A DNA stretch of 63,997 bases, the filler included, from Ionaspis alba (taxonomy: Eukaryota), in assembly GCA_964255285.1 (NCBI GenBank). It is 3 parts of 3 records of this genome, joined end to end, with 100 filler letters (N's around TTAATTAATTAA, not from the genome) between each part and the next. Parts side by side here need not be neighbours in the genome. Positions count along the whole stretch, not along the records: positions 1 to 22,879 come from CAXUUL010000194.1; positions 22,980 to 45,815 come from CAXUUL010000195.1; 1 more part is not named here. One strand, given 5' to 3'. Numbering within the stretch: the stretch's first letter is position 1; each line of letters opens with the position of its first letter. Positions 13,901 through 25,034 of this stretch are shown piece after piece. The notes beneath the pieces are model-generated. The model worked only from the letters and a program-made list of their open reading frames with translations, searched no databases and had not been told where the DNA came from. The position numbers were made by a program, and so were the translations under genes.

Positions 13901-15136
13901 GATTGCAGACGCCCCAGGAGTCCTCGCCATCACCAATGAGAAACAAGAATATGCCATGAATGATGAATTATTGTTGGAGCCCGAGGGGAACAAGTCCACG
14001 GGAGTGATTCGCACAGCCCAAAGAGGAACAAAAGAAAAACTATGTACCAGAGCAGAGAGCAAAGATTCCAACCAACCCCAGCAAGATCCACCATGCACAT
14101 TGTACACTGGCGGCCCAATTAACCGCACAACTCGTGCCAATGTGCTTCTCGTCTCTCACTCTTCAATCAAATATCGTACATACTACATATCAGCGTTGCT
14201 ATCAATAATCCACCTGCATGCTCTGCTTTTCTCTTGCCACCTACGGGTACCTTGGTCATAGCACCATTTCCACACCTCTCACACACCACCCGCTATTGAT
14301 TCGGAGTGCGTACACGTTCCAACCTCTACGCACGGCCTGAAGGACACGCCTGGAACTAGTATCCAAGGACCCGAAAAGCCTCCTCTTGGACTTAGGCTTT
14401 CTTGCTTTGCATTTGTCGGAACCAGCCAACAACTTTCCGAGTAATCCCTACAGAGCCCTTCGATTCTAACTTTCGGGTAGGTCGATCGCAAAAAGGCTGG
14501 GCCAGCAAGCAAGGCAAAGTAGCGTTTCAATAAATCAGTGCATCGAGCTCTTAGTTCGAGGTACAAAAAAACACGAAAAGGCGTGGAAAAGGTAGCGGTC
14601 AAAAGAAGAGAGGGCAGAAAAACCAGGACGCGAGAAGTTCAAGCAGGAAAGTCATTCCTTCGTGCATTTTCCGCCATCCCGACCCTTGAACTCGCATCGC
14701 AACGGCTTTCTCGTGTGCCACCATCAATAATCCCCCTCACTCCCCCTCGAAGGACCGCTTCCAAGTCCAAAAAACCCAAAAACTCTCTCCAGCCTCCATC
14801 CTTGTCGCCAATCCCCACCGGCAGCACCTTCACGAGCAACACCACGCCTAACACCTAATCGCGTCGAATCAAATCGGAGCCAATTCAAACATTACTCTTT
14901 GTTCACGCAATCATCCGTGGTACCAAGCGTCATTCGCACTACTATCATTCGCACATTCGTTTGTCCTCGCCCGCAGTAGATAATTACTACTCGAGTACAA
15001 CATCTTACTCACCATTTACACTTTCGCTCACTCCAACTAAGGTACGGACCAAACCACTCGCGCTCTCGCCTGCCCTTGCCCCACCAATTCTCTCCCTTAA
15101 ATCTTCAAACCTTACTTTTGCTTCTTTGAGTGCGGG

Positions 15137-15195
15137 GAGAGAGAGAGCTTGTTGTGTGTGCGCGTGTGAGTGAGTGAGTGAGAGAGTGAGAGAGA
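15137..15195. repeat. Compound (GA)n/(GT)n/(GAGT)n microsatellite
   Basis: gagagagagag...gtgtgtg...gtgagtgagtgagtgagagagtgagagaga read directly. Confidence 0.8.
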
Positions 15196-15975
15196 AGAAC
15201 CAGGACGAGGACGAAAGAGAGTGGAGAGTTGAGTACGGCGAGTGAGGAAGAGGAACAGTGTGTGCAGTGCATCTTCGTCCGCAAGGCAAGACCGGAAGCG
15301 CGATCTGGGCTTAGACCCTCTTACGTGCTCGACTGTCAACTCGCGCTTTCCTTGTGAAGAAGCCTCAATCGCGCTTACTTGGCGAACGCTGATAAGTTTC
15401 CTCTGGCTTCCTGGCTCCTGGCTCCTGCCTCGTGCTTGACGTCTGCGTGACATCCCGGGGCTTCCTTCAATTCGTCCAACGACCGACCTTTTGACTCCTC
15501 GTCGATTCACTTCTGACTTCACCTTACCTTACTTACCTACTTTGCGTTTCACCTTCTGTGCAGTGCAAGAAGTTAAAAGCTCCTGCGCACGTCAAATCCC
15601 CTCTTGACAGGATCGAGGGAACCTTCTTGTATTACCACGGACGAGGTCGAAAGCCACACCAAGAATCAGAAACTCTACCCCAAGGTTCGAGAAAGCGTAA
15701 AGCTTGTCTGGCGGACGCAAAAATCCCCCCACACGCCGCACCGTACGCTTCCGACATCTGTCTGTGTTTGACGTCCGGCTCCTCCCTTACGAGAAAGGCG
15801 ATCGTTAAGGATTGAGCTTCTTCAGAAAGTCACTCGTTTACAAATCTTTAAACAATTCCTTCTTTTCTGGACAGTTTCTTGACCTGCTCAACACTTTAAA
15901 AGAAACAAGACCAAGCGATACTTTGTCCTGAGCAAGCCACCGAACTCTCCCTGCAACTCTGTCAGAAAACCTTCT

Positions 15976-15990
15976 ATGAGCCTCATCTGA
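15976..15990 (+). promoter_or_regulatory. 4-codon uORF (MSLI*) ending 5 nt before the WOPR start codon
   Basis: ATG AGC CTC ATC TGA, then AGACT, then the main ATG at 15996. Confidence 0.6.
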
Positions 15991-15995
15991 AGACT

Positions 15996-17369
15996 ATGAG
16001 CACCATGACCAGCGGCTCTTTACAGCCGACTTGGTACGGCCACGTCGCCACCACGAGAGACGCTCTCATCCTCTTCGAATCATGTCTCAATGGCACCTTA
16101 CATCACGTACCGCGACGACCTCACGACCGCGAGCGCGGTAGTCTTATCAAGAGTGGCAGTGTGTTCATCTACGAAGAAAATGCCTCTGGTATCAAGCGGT
16201 GGACCGACGGTGTACCGTGGAGTCCGAGTCGGATACTAGGAAACTTCCTCGTCTACCGTGAGCTCACCAAACCATTCCCTCCAGGTGAGAAGAAAAGAGC
16301 GACGAAGCGCAATAAGAGGTCTACCAAACCTGGAGAACCTTACCCAAGGATGAACGGTGGAGGCGCAGAGAATCCAGCATCACCCACAACGCCTGGAGTG
16401 AAGTCAGACGGTGGACTCGACAACAGAGAGAACGAGCGGGCATTGATAGGATCTCTTGTGGATTCGTATGGATTCAAGGAAGGTGGATTGGTGAAGAAAA
16501 CGATGAGCGTCAACGTCCATGGTGTTCACCATCATTTGGTCTCGTACTACAGAATCAATGACGCTTTGGAAGGTCACCTGAGCCCACCTTGCAAAGATCC
16601 TCGATTCACAAACATCGAGCCTCGTCCTGAACTTGTCGCTCGTCAGAACTTTAGAGCTCCACTCGATGATGTCGAGGACGGTATCCAGGACCACACACTC
16701 GACGGAACCCAGCCAAACGCTTACGCCTACGATCCCTCAGCCTACGACCCACGAAGACATCAATACTCACACTCCCAACCAGGCCACGCTCACTATCCCG
16801 TACACATGACCCAATACGCCCATGCGCAGTTCCCTTACTCGAGCGCTCCGCAACTGCAGCAGAACATGCAAGCCTACACAGCCGTGCCAACGAGCCAGGG
16901 CTTCTACTCATCTGGGCATCCCGCCACTCACCCAGCCATACCGATCAAGGACGAATATACCGGCTACGCACCTACGTATCAAACATCCACCAGCACGCCC
17001 ATCGCGCCCTCGCAAGCTCACATCCCGCAACAGTATCCATACCGGCAAAACTCCCTTCACAACATCGTCACCTCAAGGTCGAATTCCATCATGGAACCAG
17101 CGAACTCAATATCTGACCAGAAACCCATGGACTCGTACAGTATGCCTCGCAATACGCCCGTTTATGCACCTACCGCTCCGCAACAGCAGCAACACCATCA
17201 TCAGGTGAGCACGCCTACGTATGCGAGTAGCCAGCAATGGAATCTGGGCCCTTTGAGCCATACTCCTACGCGAACGGAGGCCGCGTGGGTGGGTGGGGAT
17301 ACGCAAGGGTGGGGGTTGCAGACGCCGATGACGGCGAGACAGCAGATTTATTCTGCGACGCCTCATTAA
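15996..17369 (+). CDS. RYP1: Gti1/Pac2 (WOPR) transcription factor, Wor1/Ryp1/Sge1 subgroup
   Basis: RRPHDRER, GIKRWTDG, WSPSR, the subgroup NLS PPGEKKR, and GLVKKTMS...HHLVSYY. Q/Y/P/S-rich low-complexity C-terminus. Intronless, 457 aa. Confidence 0.93.
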   Translation: MSTMTSGSLQPTWYGHVATTRDALILFESCLNGTLHHVPRRPHDRERGSLIKSGSVFIYEENASGIKRWTDGVPWSPSRILGNFLVYRELTKPFPPGEKKRATKRNKRSTKPGEPYPRMNGGGAENPASPTTPGVKSDGGLDNRENERALIGSLVDSYGFKEGGLVKKTMSVNVHGVHHHLVSYYRINDALEGHLSPPCKDPRFTNIEPRPELVARQNFRAPLDDVEDGIQDHTLDGTQPNAYAYDPSAYDPRRHQYSHSQPGHAHYPVHMTQYAHAQFPYSSAPQLQQNMQAYTAVPTSQGFYSSGHPATHPAIPIKDEYTGYAPTYQTSTSTPIAPSQAHIPQQYPYRQNSLHNIVTSRSNSIMEPANSISDQKPMDSYSMPRNTPVYAPTAPQQQQHHHQVSTPTYASSQQWNLGPLSHTPTRTEAAWVGGDTQGWGLQTPMTARQQIYSATPH

Positions 17370-18036
17370 TCTCGAGCAGTGGGAATCTCGTGATGTCTAG
17401 GGCAGAGGAGCATGTGTTCTCCAGCGGTTTGACTTCACAGGAACAGAGTCGTCTCGGAAGAAACGAAGCGTTCCAACGAGGGACAACCCACTGATCTCAA
17501 CCTTTCCAAACCACCTGGATCATCCGGAATCTGGACGAGGCATCTCTACTGAAGCCTCACGAGAGCATCAGAGTATTTACTGGCGCAGAATTATCATGAA
17601 GGCATTGAATACCCACTCAGCATCTTCGAAAGCATCCTTCGACTTGATCGCGTAATTTACGACTCCATTTATGATAACCCAATCGGACTCACAGCACAAC
17701 CACTGCTCTTTCAATATCTCATCCCAGCCAGCCATCCGATGCTTTTCGCGTCCGACCGTGGGTTTTCCACGTCGAATCGACTTCCATCGAGGTGGCCATC
17801 ATCGTCCTAGCACGACTTTCACCTACCCATCTCTTTTCTGACTTTCTCTCTATACGAGCTCTCGACAACCCGACTTTCCTCTCCAACCTCGACGCTCGAT
17901 GAGGGAACGTGCTGTTCAGTATCCGTACGACGCCATCCTCGCACCACACTCGAGTTTCCTTTCATGTTTCTACACTTTTCCCTTGCCCGTAGCCAGCATA
18001 GCTTGGCTACCCCGGATGGCCGAATATGTACATATG

Positions 18037-18060
18037 CAGGACAGGACAGGACAGGACAGG
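18037..18060. repeat. (CAGGA)~5 microsatellite
   Basis: caggacaggacaggacaggacagg read directly. Confidence 0.85.
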
Positions 18061-21000
18061 GCGGCTATCTGAATCCCTTTGCTTTTGCGGTATAATCTTT
18101 TGTTGTGTCTTTGGGACGGCGCGGGCGAAAAAAGTTTGCCGGTGTTGGGGGTATTTGTTGCATTTTTGTTTTGTGTTGTTGTTGGCGTGTTGGGATTAGG
18201 AAGGGGATATTATGGGTGTTGAGGAACAAGGGAAGGGACAGAGGGAATTTGTCTGTGTGTGGCCGTTGCTGGAGAAAGGAAGGAGAGAGGGTAATTTGAC
18301 GATGGATAAGTGACTGGTGTTTTTCGTGGGCGGTGTGTAGTTTACTTATTTTGAAGCTGGTGGTTGCTTTGACGGGGTTTGTGTCTTTGCTTGGGTTTGG
18401 TGATTGAGTAACTTTGGTGTGATTGTTTGGCGTTTACTACCTTCAGCTGAGGTGCCTTTTGTTTTGTTTACACTGTGATGCTGACGTGAGATGGAGACGC
18501 GCGCGCGGTCCCAAGTGAAGGAGCAGGCTGCTCAGCTCCCAGCCTCAAGTCGTTCTTCCTCTCTTTCTTCTCTTGCTTTGCTACGAAGTATCAATCTATT
18601 GCCTTCGCTCTTTCTCTTACATTCTTGCACCTCCAACCATCTTTCCATTTTCACTTCCATTCTCCCGCCTAACCAAGATACCCGATCTTCGAATACTTCC
18701 TCACTCTCACAACCATCACCTTTCCTCTCATTACGCGCCAGCCGTTTCCTCGATCGCTTGCAGTATATTCCCAATCAAGGCTCCCACTACCTTCCTCCCA
18801 TCATGATATCTACCTTCATCAGGCCCGATGCCCCGTTTCAGCAGACTCGCTGTTCCAACGCTCTATTGCATCTCAGCTGAGTCACTAACGCTCGAGGAAG
18901 ACATGCGTCAAAACTAGCAAAAAAAGAGCAGAGCATAGTTTGGAAGTGAGGCAGCGGATGGGACCAGCACAACTACGCTGTGACCTTCTCGTGCGACCGG
19001 AGGTAATGTGGCCCTAATCTTCAAAACTTCTTTGTGACTCCCTGACTGACTTCCGAAATATAGAAATCTCGACATAGCATCTCAGCTTGATATATCGAGG
19101 GTTTTTCCGACGGATAGGCTATCTCGCTTGGTCGATATACAACCGTCAGTCTATGAGTTCTGGACGGGTTGACTACAGCATCTACGATCTTAGCTAACGC
19201 CGAATGCTTATGATACGACTTCGATATCTTCGGGACGGCTTATGTTTGGGAGGGTCGCTCGCAGGATAACGGAATAAGAGGAGGATGCTCAAAAGGATCT
19301 GAGGTTGGGGCTGGAGTAGGGAGAATGCTAGGAATGTGTGGGCTCGAGAAGTACCGATTGTTGGGGGGAAAGAAGAGCATTGAGGTCGGAGAATGACAGA
19401 TAAATTGGGATCTGGGGCTGGGAAGGTTATTTCGATGGTGGGAAAAGAAGGAATCGGTGGCAGCGAGAGAACTCTGGCGATAGAGAGGCTTTCAGGGAAT
19501 GGTTTTGGTCGAACCGAGGATTTGATGTCGGATATTACAGCAGGTTAGCGATTCTCAGTCAAGGTTTTGCGTTGGTTCAATCATCTACGGCACTTTGGGA
19601 GGGAACTTGAGCGGCAGAGATGGGCATGCTTGAGATGCGCATTAGAGGCCAGATTTCGTGGTACTTGTTTTTCCTCTCTTGACATTCACCAATTCCTCAC
19701 ACAACCTGTGACCGAAAGTACATCCAAGAACTACCACCTGCTGGATCTTCAGGAGAACCGAGCTCGCTCAGCCCGAACCTAGAACGCCTCCCAAGCCACA
19801 CCCAACGCCGCCTCCCTTAGCGGAGATACCCAGCACCTCAAGCCCTCGCGATCCATTCATCCAGGGGCAAGCCTCCCTCTCTCCCTCAGCCCAGGCACAC
19901 AACACAAGGGGAACAAGACGGCTCATCCCTTTTGCTCCCTTCCCCCCTCGCTCTTCTCCTCTCCTCCCTACTCCCGCTATTCAGGGGTATACAATATCAG
20001 GGGCGCACGGAGCAAGGGCAAGGGCGGTTGTCAAAAAAGCTCAGATCATGGATCGGCTGCTGCTGCTACTGCTGCTGCCGTTGCTTGCTGCATAAAAGGT
20101 CAGATGAGGGCTACACAGCAGGATTATGTGGGTTTGACAGCTGCGAGGCGTGTGATCGGGCTGTCGATGTATGTTTGCTTTTCCCAGAGGGGTGGAGTTT
20201 GTGCTCCGTGCTTTGAAAGGTGCTGATGGTGGTGGTGAAACCGTGGTTGGTGGGTAATGCGAGTTTGGTCCGAAAAAGAGGGGAGAGGCTTGTTTGGGGT
20301 GAGGCCTTGGGAGTGAATACGAGGAGAAGGGGGGTTTTAGTGGTGCCGGGAGGTGGGTTTGCAGGAATGGTGCTGGTAGGAGGGGAGATCGGCACGGCAT
20401 ACTTGCGTCTTTTGAAGGCTTGCAGGTATTATTGATTACTTTTTCGAGAGATGAGAGAAACGAGGGACGGCAATCTAGGGTAGAGCCGAAGCGACTTGGG
20501 TTGCCCCTGGAGAGGGGAAAGAATGATTAACGGACAGACTGGTTGGAATGATGCGGTGTATTATGCAGCTCTGGAATCCTGGGGGAGATCTTTTCTCTTG
20601 ATTCTTGCACTTGCTTTTGCTTTTCTAGTTCGTTGTATGCATCATGTACGAGTAATGCAGGTGTTGGGATCGGGTGCGAATAAGCCTGGTCGTTTCGGCG
20701 CTTCTGACTCCTGGTGTTTTTCTTTCTTTTTCTTCTGCTTTTGCTCGTCCGGTGATCTAGGCTGGGGTTGGTAGATTGTGGCTTCATATGAGACCAGTGA
20801 TAGAGATCTGCAAACGGTCACAGTGCATTAGACGGTAGAAGCTAGCTAGTTGACATGCAATGCATGGGATCAGCATGGGGTATGTGAGATATATTGATTG
20901 AACGAGATCCAGCATGATGCATATCAACGAGGCGTTGGGAGGCGGGTTTCGATCTTGGCTTTTCGGGTAAACTTGATTCTTGATGGATTTTTCGAACAGA

Positions 21001-22879
21001 TTCACCAAAACGGCAATAAACACGAAGTCGGTAGTTGGAGGACTCTGCCGACATATTATATGCAGTATTCGACGTGGGATATTGCGGTATGCAAGCCTGG
21101 AGCCAGGGTCGAGTGTCGCGAAAGGTGGGGATTTGACTTTGGCCAGCATAAGGTTTGACTGGGATACTGCATTGGTTACTGAATTAGAAGACCGTTGGAT
21201 TATGTAGGTTATCTGCTTGTGGTTTTCGTGCGAGGCGATTTAGGTTGATGCAAAGCTAGTATAACTGGTCTGAACTTAATGCATGAAATGCAGGTTGGCC
21301 CAAGATCCAGCAATGAGGTCAAAGATACAAATTATAATTGCTTTTTGGAAAGACAAACAGTAATTGCTGCTTAATATGCGTATAACGTAGGCGAAATGGT
21401 TTGCCACGATATGCTTGGCAATATGATCTGAAACATTTGAAAGCCCATATGCACGAAATGAATACGAGAAATCAGGAACAGGAACCTTGATGTCGGCAAG
21501 TCTAGAACTGCCGTCTAGTGGTGATTGTTGTTTCTTTTTTTGGTGCATCTTCCCGTCCCGCGACAGTCACGGAATTACCGAGGTATATTCGAACATGTTA
21601 TCGTCTAGGTGCTCATTATCTAGTCTTGATGCATCCAATGCAGAGGATTTGAGCAATATAGCAACATTTTGGAAGATCTTATGGGCATTCGCGGATCCTG
21701 AGAAGGAAAAGTATTCCGATAGCATTAAGGCTAATCCGAATGGCATTTCGTGCCGGCATTAGAAGCCGTCTGGCAAAGACTTGGATGAAAATGAGAAGAG
21801 CCAACTCGGTAAAGAGCAAGATACGAGACGAAACTCGCAACGAAGAGCGAGACTAGGAAGAATGATGAAAGTGGCGTTGTGGCTCAATTTCGTAGCTGCT
21901 CTTTTGCCATACCAGGTTACCAAAAACTGGGATATCGGAGCATTTCTCCATGGCTCGGTAGGACAAGAAACCAAGGCCCTCCATGCCTCGCAAAGACCGG
22001 AGAATCGGCTACGTGGAGGAGAAGATATTCAGGGGCCGAGCACAAGGTTTGCCTGCTAATTTGATCGTCATGTATTCTCGAAGGATTCTGTGACGTTCTG
22101 TGGCTGGGTATCTCCAAGGACCTTCGCTGTATCAATTCTCGCGCTTGTTGATCTTGCTGACAGATACTATGCACGGACCAGGGACGCGTAAAACGTGGAC
22201 TTGTGTGCTCCAGGGCTGAGATGACTTCAAGCTCAAGCTATACCCAATTAACCGCATATTGAGCTCGGCCTTACCCTTTCTGGGATATTTTGATACTTGT
22301 CGTAGTAGAGCTCGAGGCACAATGCAATGGCAACAGTGCTCTTCCGCAACTCGCGGTCACTCACACGCCTTCATCTTCATACTCGGTCCCAGATAGCGAG
22401 AGCAACCTTTACCATATGTACCAAGTCATTAGGAGAGGGATGGACCAATCATTCAAGAGTAGAGGAATTGAGCTACAATAGATTCAGTAATGCTAGAAAT
22501 CTGTATCAAAGGTGTGTAGTAAGCTTTCTTAGCGTTGACTTTCGTGATGCTGATTGTAACAGCAGACATCATCCACAATCTCAATACCACGGCCAACTTC
22601 GCTGCGCATCATCACAGAATGAGAAGAAAAATGCACCACAGAACATGTAAGTTGCTTCTAGCTTCAGCTATTGTTTGGAAGTATTCAATGGTGTCGTGAA
22701 AAACTGCAAACTACCCATTGCATCTCATGTCACGTATTCCATTGCTATTTGTCTTTCCACTGTAATATCTCAACCATAACATGCTTTGCCTCAAGCTCTG
22801 CTTTCCTCGTTGCAGCCGTTATATAGCATATTCTATGTTTGATACCATCAGACCACAATCTAAACTCCCTACATCAGAC

Positions 22880-22979
22880 NNNNNNNNNNNNNNNNNNNNN
22901 NNNNNNNNNNNNNNNNNNNNNNNTTAATTAATTAANNNNNNNNNNNNNNNNNNNNNNNNNNNNNNNNNNNNNNNNNNNN
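22880..22979. other. Artificial contig linker N44-TTAATTAATTAA-N44
   Basis: All-frame stop spacer centred in Ns, identical in design to 45816-45915. Confidence 0.97.
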
Positions 22980-23430
22980 GAAATAAGGTTTTACCGCAGG
23001 AATTCTAAAGAATTCGCTCGGGTCATAGGGTTAGGGAAATTAAAATTAAAAAAATCAGAACATGTTTGTATATAAAAAAGGCAAATACAGGTACATTAGA
23101 TCTAATTGTAGAAATGGCAGGAGTACAGCCAGCTCTTATATAGAAAAGCCTCTAATCCAGCCCGGATTCGAAGCCGTGACGGCCTCGCTACTTCTCGAAC
23201 GCTGCCATTCCGAACCCAGACATCACGGTTGCAGAGCTCATTAAGACAAATGAATAGCATTGCCCACTATCCATTCCATAATCCTGCATGGTCGCACGGC
23301 TCGAAACCCTAAACCTCCCTCCGCCCCAGTGAGCTCTCCCGCAAAGCCCTGACCACCAAATCCAAGCCCTAATCCACACGGGTCGCAATGTTCCCCCAGC
23401 ACAAATCTCCAGGGGGATATCTCCATCAAG

Positions 23431-23471
23431 CAGTCTTCTTTCATTGTCCCCATACACCGAGCAGGCTGCTC
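23431..23471. repeat. 41-bp direct repeat, distal copy: duplicated PEX11 3' end with a nonsense change
   Basis: cagtcttctttcattgtccccatacaccgagcaggctgctc matches 24102-24142 at 39/41 positions. The minus strand reads SSLLGVWGQ*KKTA* (the final A* extends to 23426). Confidence 0.92.
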
Positions 23472-23479
23472 GGCCAAGA

Positions 23480-23857
23480 TCATCCAGAAACTGGACAGCC
23501 ACGGGTGGCGTAATACCCGGCGCTGATCCATCGATAGAAGTCTATAGTCCACCAGATGCCCATACCACCCAGCGTAAATAGTTTTCCAACTCCCAGTCCG
23601 ATATTGCCTGCGTAAAACTGATCTACGCCAAATAGGCCGAGGGCCAGGTTAAGGATGAATGCGATCCTTCCTTGGCGGTCACATTTCTCCAGATTATTCC
23701 AATGGTCGTCGTGAGTAACTAGTAAGAAAATCAATCATTTTTCAATAGAAGATAGAGTCAACTTACGGAACACAGACGGATATATCGTGGCTACAAGGAT
23801 ATTTGCAAAGGTCAGGAGGCAAGAAATCGCTGTTATTATCTTCAGGTATAGCTCCAT
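23480..23857 (-). CDS. Small TM2-domain membrane protein (~109 aa, 2 exons)
   Basis: Exon 1 encodes a hydrophobic signal/TM segment (MELYLKIITAISCLLTFANILVAT). Intron GTAAGT 23766 to TAG 23719 restores the frame into AFILNLALGLFGVDQFYAGNIGLGVGKLFTLGGMGIWWTIDF, which fits the TM2 consensus. Confidence 0.85.
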
Positions 23858-24096
23858 CTTGGATGAAGCATATGTGGAGCGTTTATGACGAGATTTTGGT
23901 AAATAGATTAGGAGAGGTGCGAGCAAGACGTCGAAATATAAGTTCAGTTGAAGAAACAAAGCATCTCTAACACTGAGAGCTGCCAACGTACTAGGATTCC
24001 GCATTCGGCCAGACAAAGGCAGCAGTCTCAAACGAGCTTAACACGCATTCCCAAGTAGCCGCGGAATGCGGCCCACACAAGATGTGCTCCTAGCGC

Positions 24097-24918
24097 TTAA
24101 ACAGTCTTCTTCCATTGTCCCCACACACCGAGCAGGCTGCTCACAGTCCCTGCCAAACCCACGATACCATCATCCAAGTCGACATAACCGAGCGCTGAGC
24201 CGGGGACGGTTAGATCGCAGAGGTCGGAGACTAGTTGAAGGTTGACGGTCGTACGCTCTCTGAAGACCTGTCAGCCAGCTCGACAAGCGTACGGGGAGAC
24301 TTACCTCTCGACCCTTTTCTTGTCTTCTGTAGTAGCTTGCCTCAGGAGCCACAAAGTATATAGACCAGCGATTGTATTGAACAACAGTCCTATGAGCCAC
24401 GCTCTGTAGGCCTCCTTCTGCAATCGCTTTGCACTGTTTGACACTCTTATCCCAGCAGCATCAAGCTGTGTCTGTCAGCTTCGTCCTTGGTGACGAGGAG
24501 ATGTACCCACGTATGTGATCATGTCGAAACTGAGATACATCCCATATCCAAGTTGCCTTCCGACGGCACAATATTTTAGTATCGGATCCATGTTCTTGCT
24601 ATCGGCAGCGACTGCGGCGGCCTTGAAGTGTTCGACATTCTTGCCTATGCGAAGACACTTTCGCGTGAGACCGAACTGCTTCTTGATGGCTTCGAAGGGA
24701 GCAATGGTTCGCGTAGGACTATTGGTACGGAATAGATACCAGGCGTAGAATCGCGAAAAGTATTGGAGAGTTCTTAAGAGCTTGTCACGGCCGACTAAGG
24801 AGAGGGTGTTTCAGTACTCATAGGAAGGTCAGGAGATTGAGGGAGACTCACCAGTGGTCGCAACAAACCGCAGGTAGTGCGCTACAGACGGATGGTAGAC
24901 CAGTGCGTCTGCAACCAT
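24097..24918 (-). CDS. PEX11: Peroxisomal biogenesis factor 11
   Basis: MVADALVYHPSVAHYLRFVATTVGRDKLLRTLQYFSRFYAWYL...SSLLGVWGQWKKTV*. Introns 24851-24795, 24510-24466 and 24304-24260; 675 nt spliced. Confidence 0.93.
24102..24142. repeat. 41-bp direct repeat, proximal copy (inside the PEX11 CDS end)
   Basis: cagtcttcttccattgtccccacacaccgagcaggctgctc read directly. Confidence 0.92.
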
Positions 24919-25034
24919 TGTGTGTTCTGTTGATGGCAATGTTGCGGCTGTGGGCGTGAGTAGGTTATATATGGGAGAAACAGCTTAACCTCGGCATCGT
25001 CATCATACTTGGCAATCTACAATATATATCACGA

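Larger units (their letters stand above)
14221..15995 (+). promoter_or_regulatory. Putative very long 5' leader of the WOPR gene, possibly with 5'-UTR intron(s)
   Basis: No ATG on the + strand from 14221 to 15975, while CAT is frequent. Candidate intron AAG|GTACGG 15042 to CTGAC 15513 to TGCAG 15563. Confidence 0.6.

Noticed and set aside
23026..23037. TAGGGTTAGGG telomere-like motif near a contig start
   Set aside because: Fewer than two full units, and the orientation is wrong for a left chromosome end.
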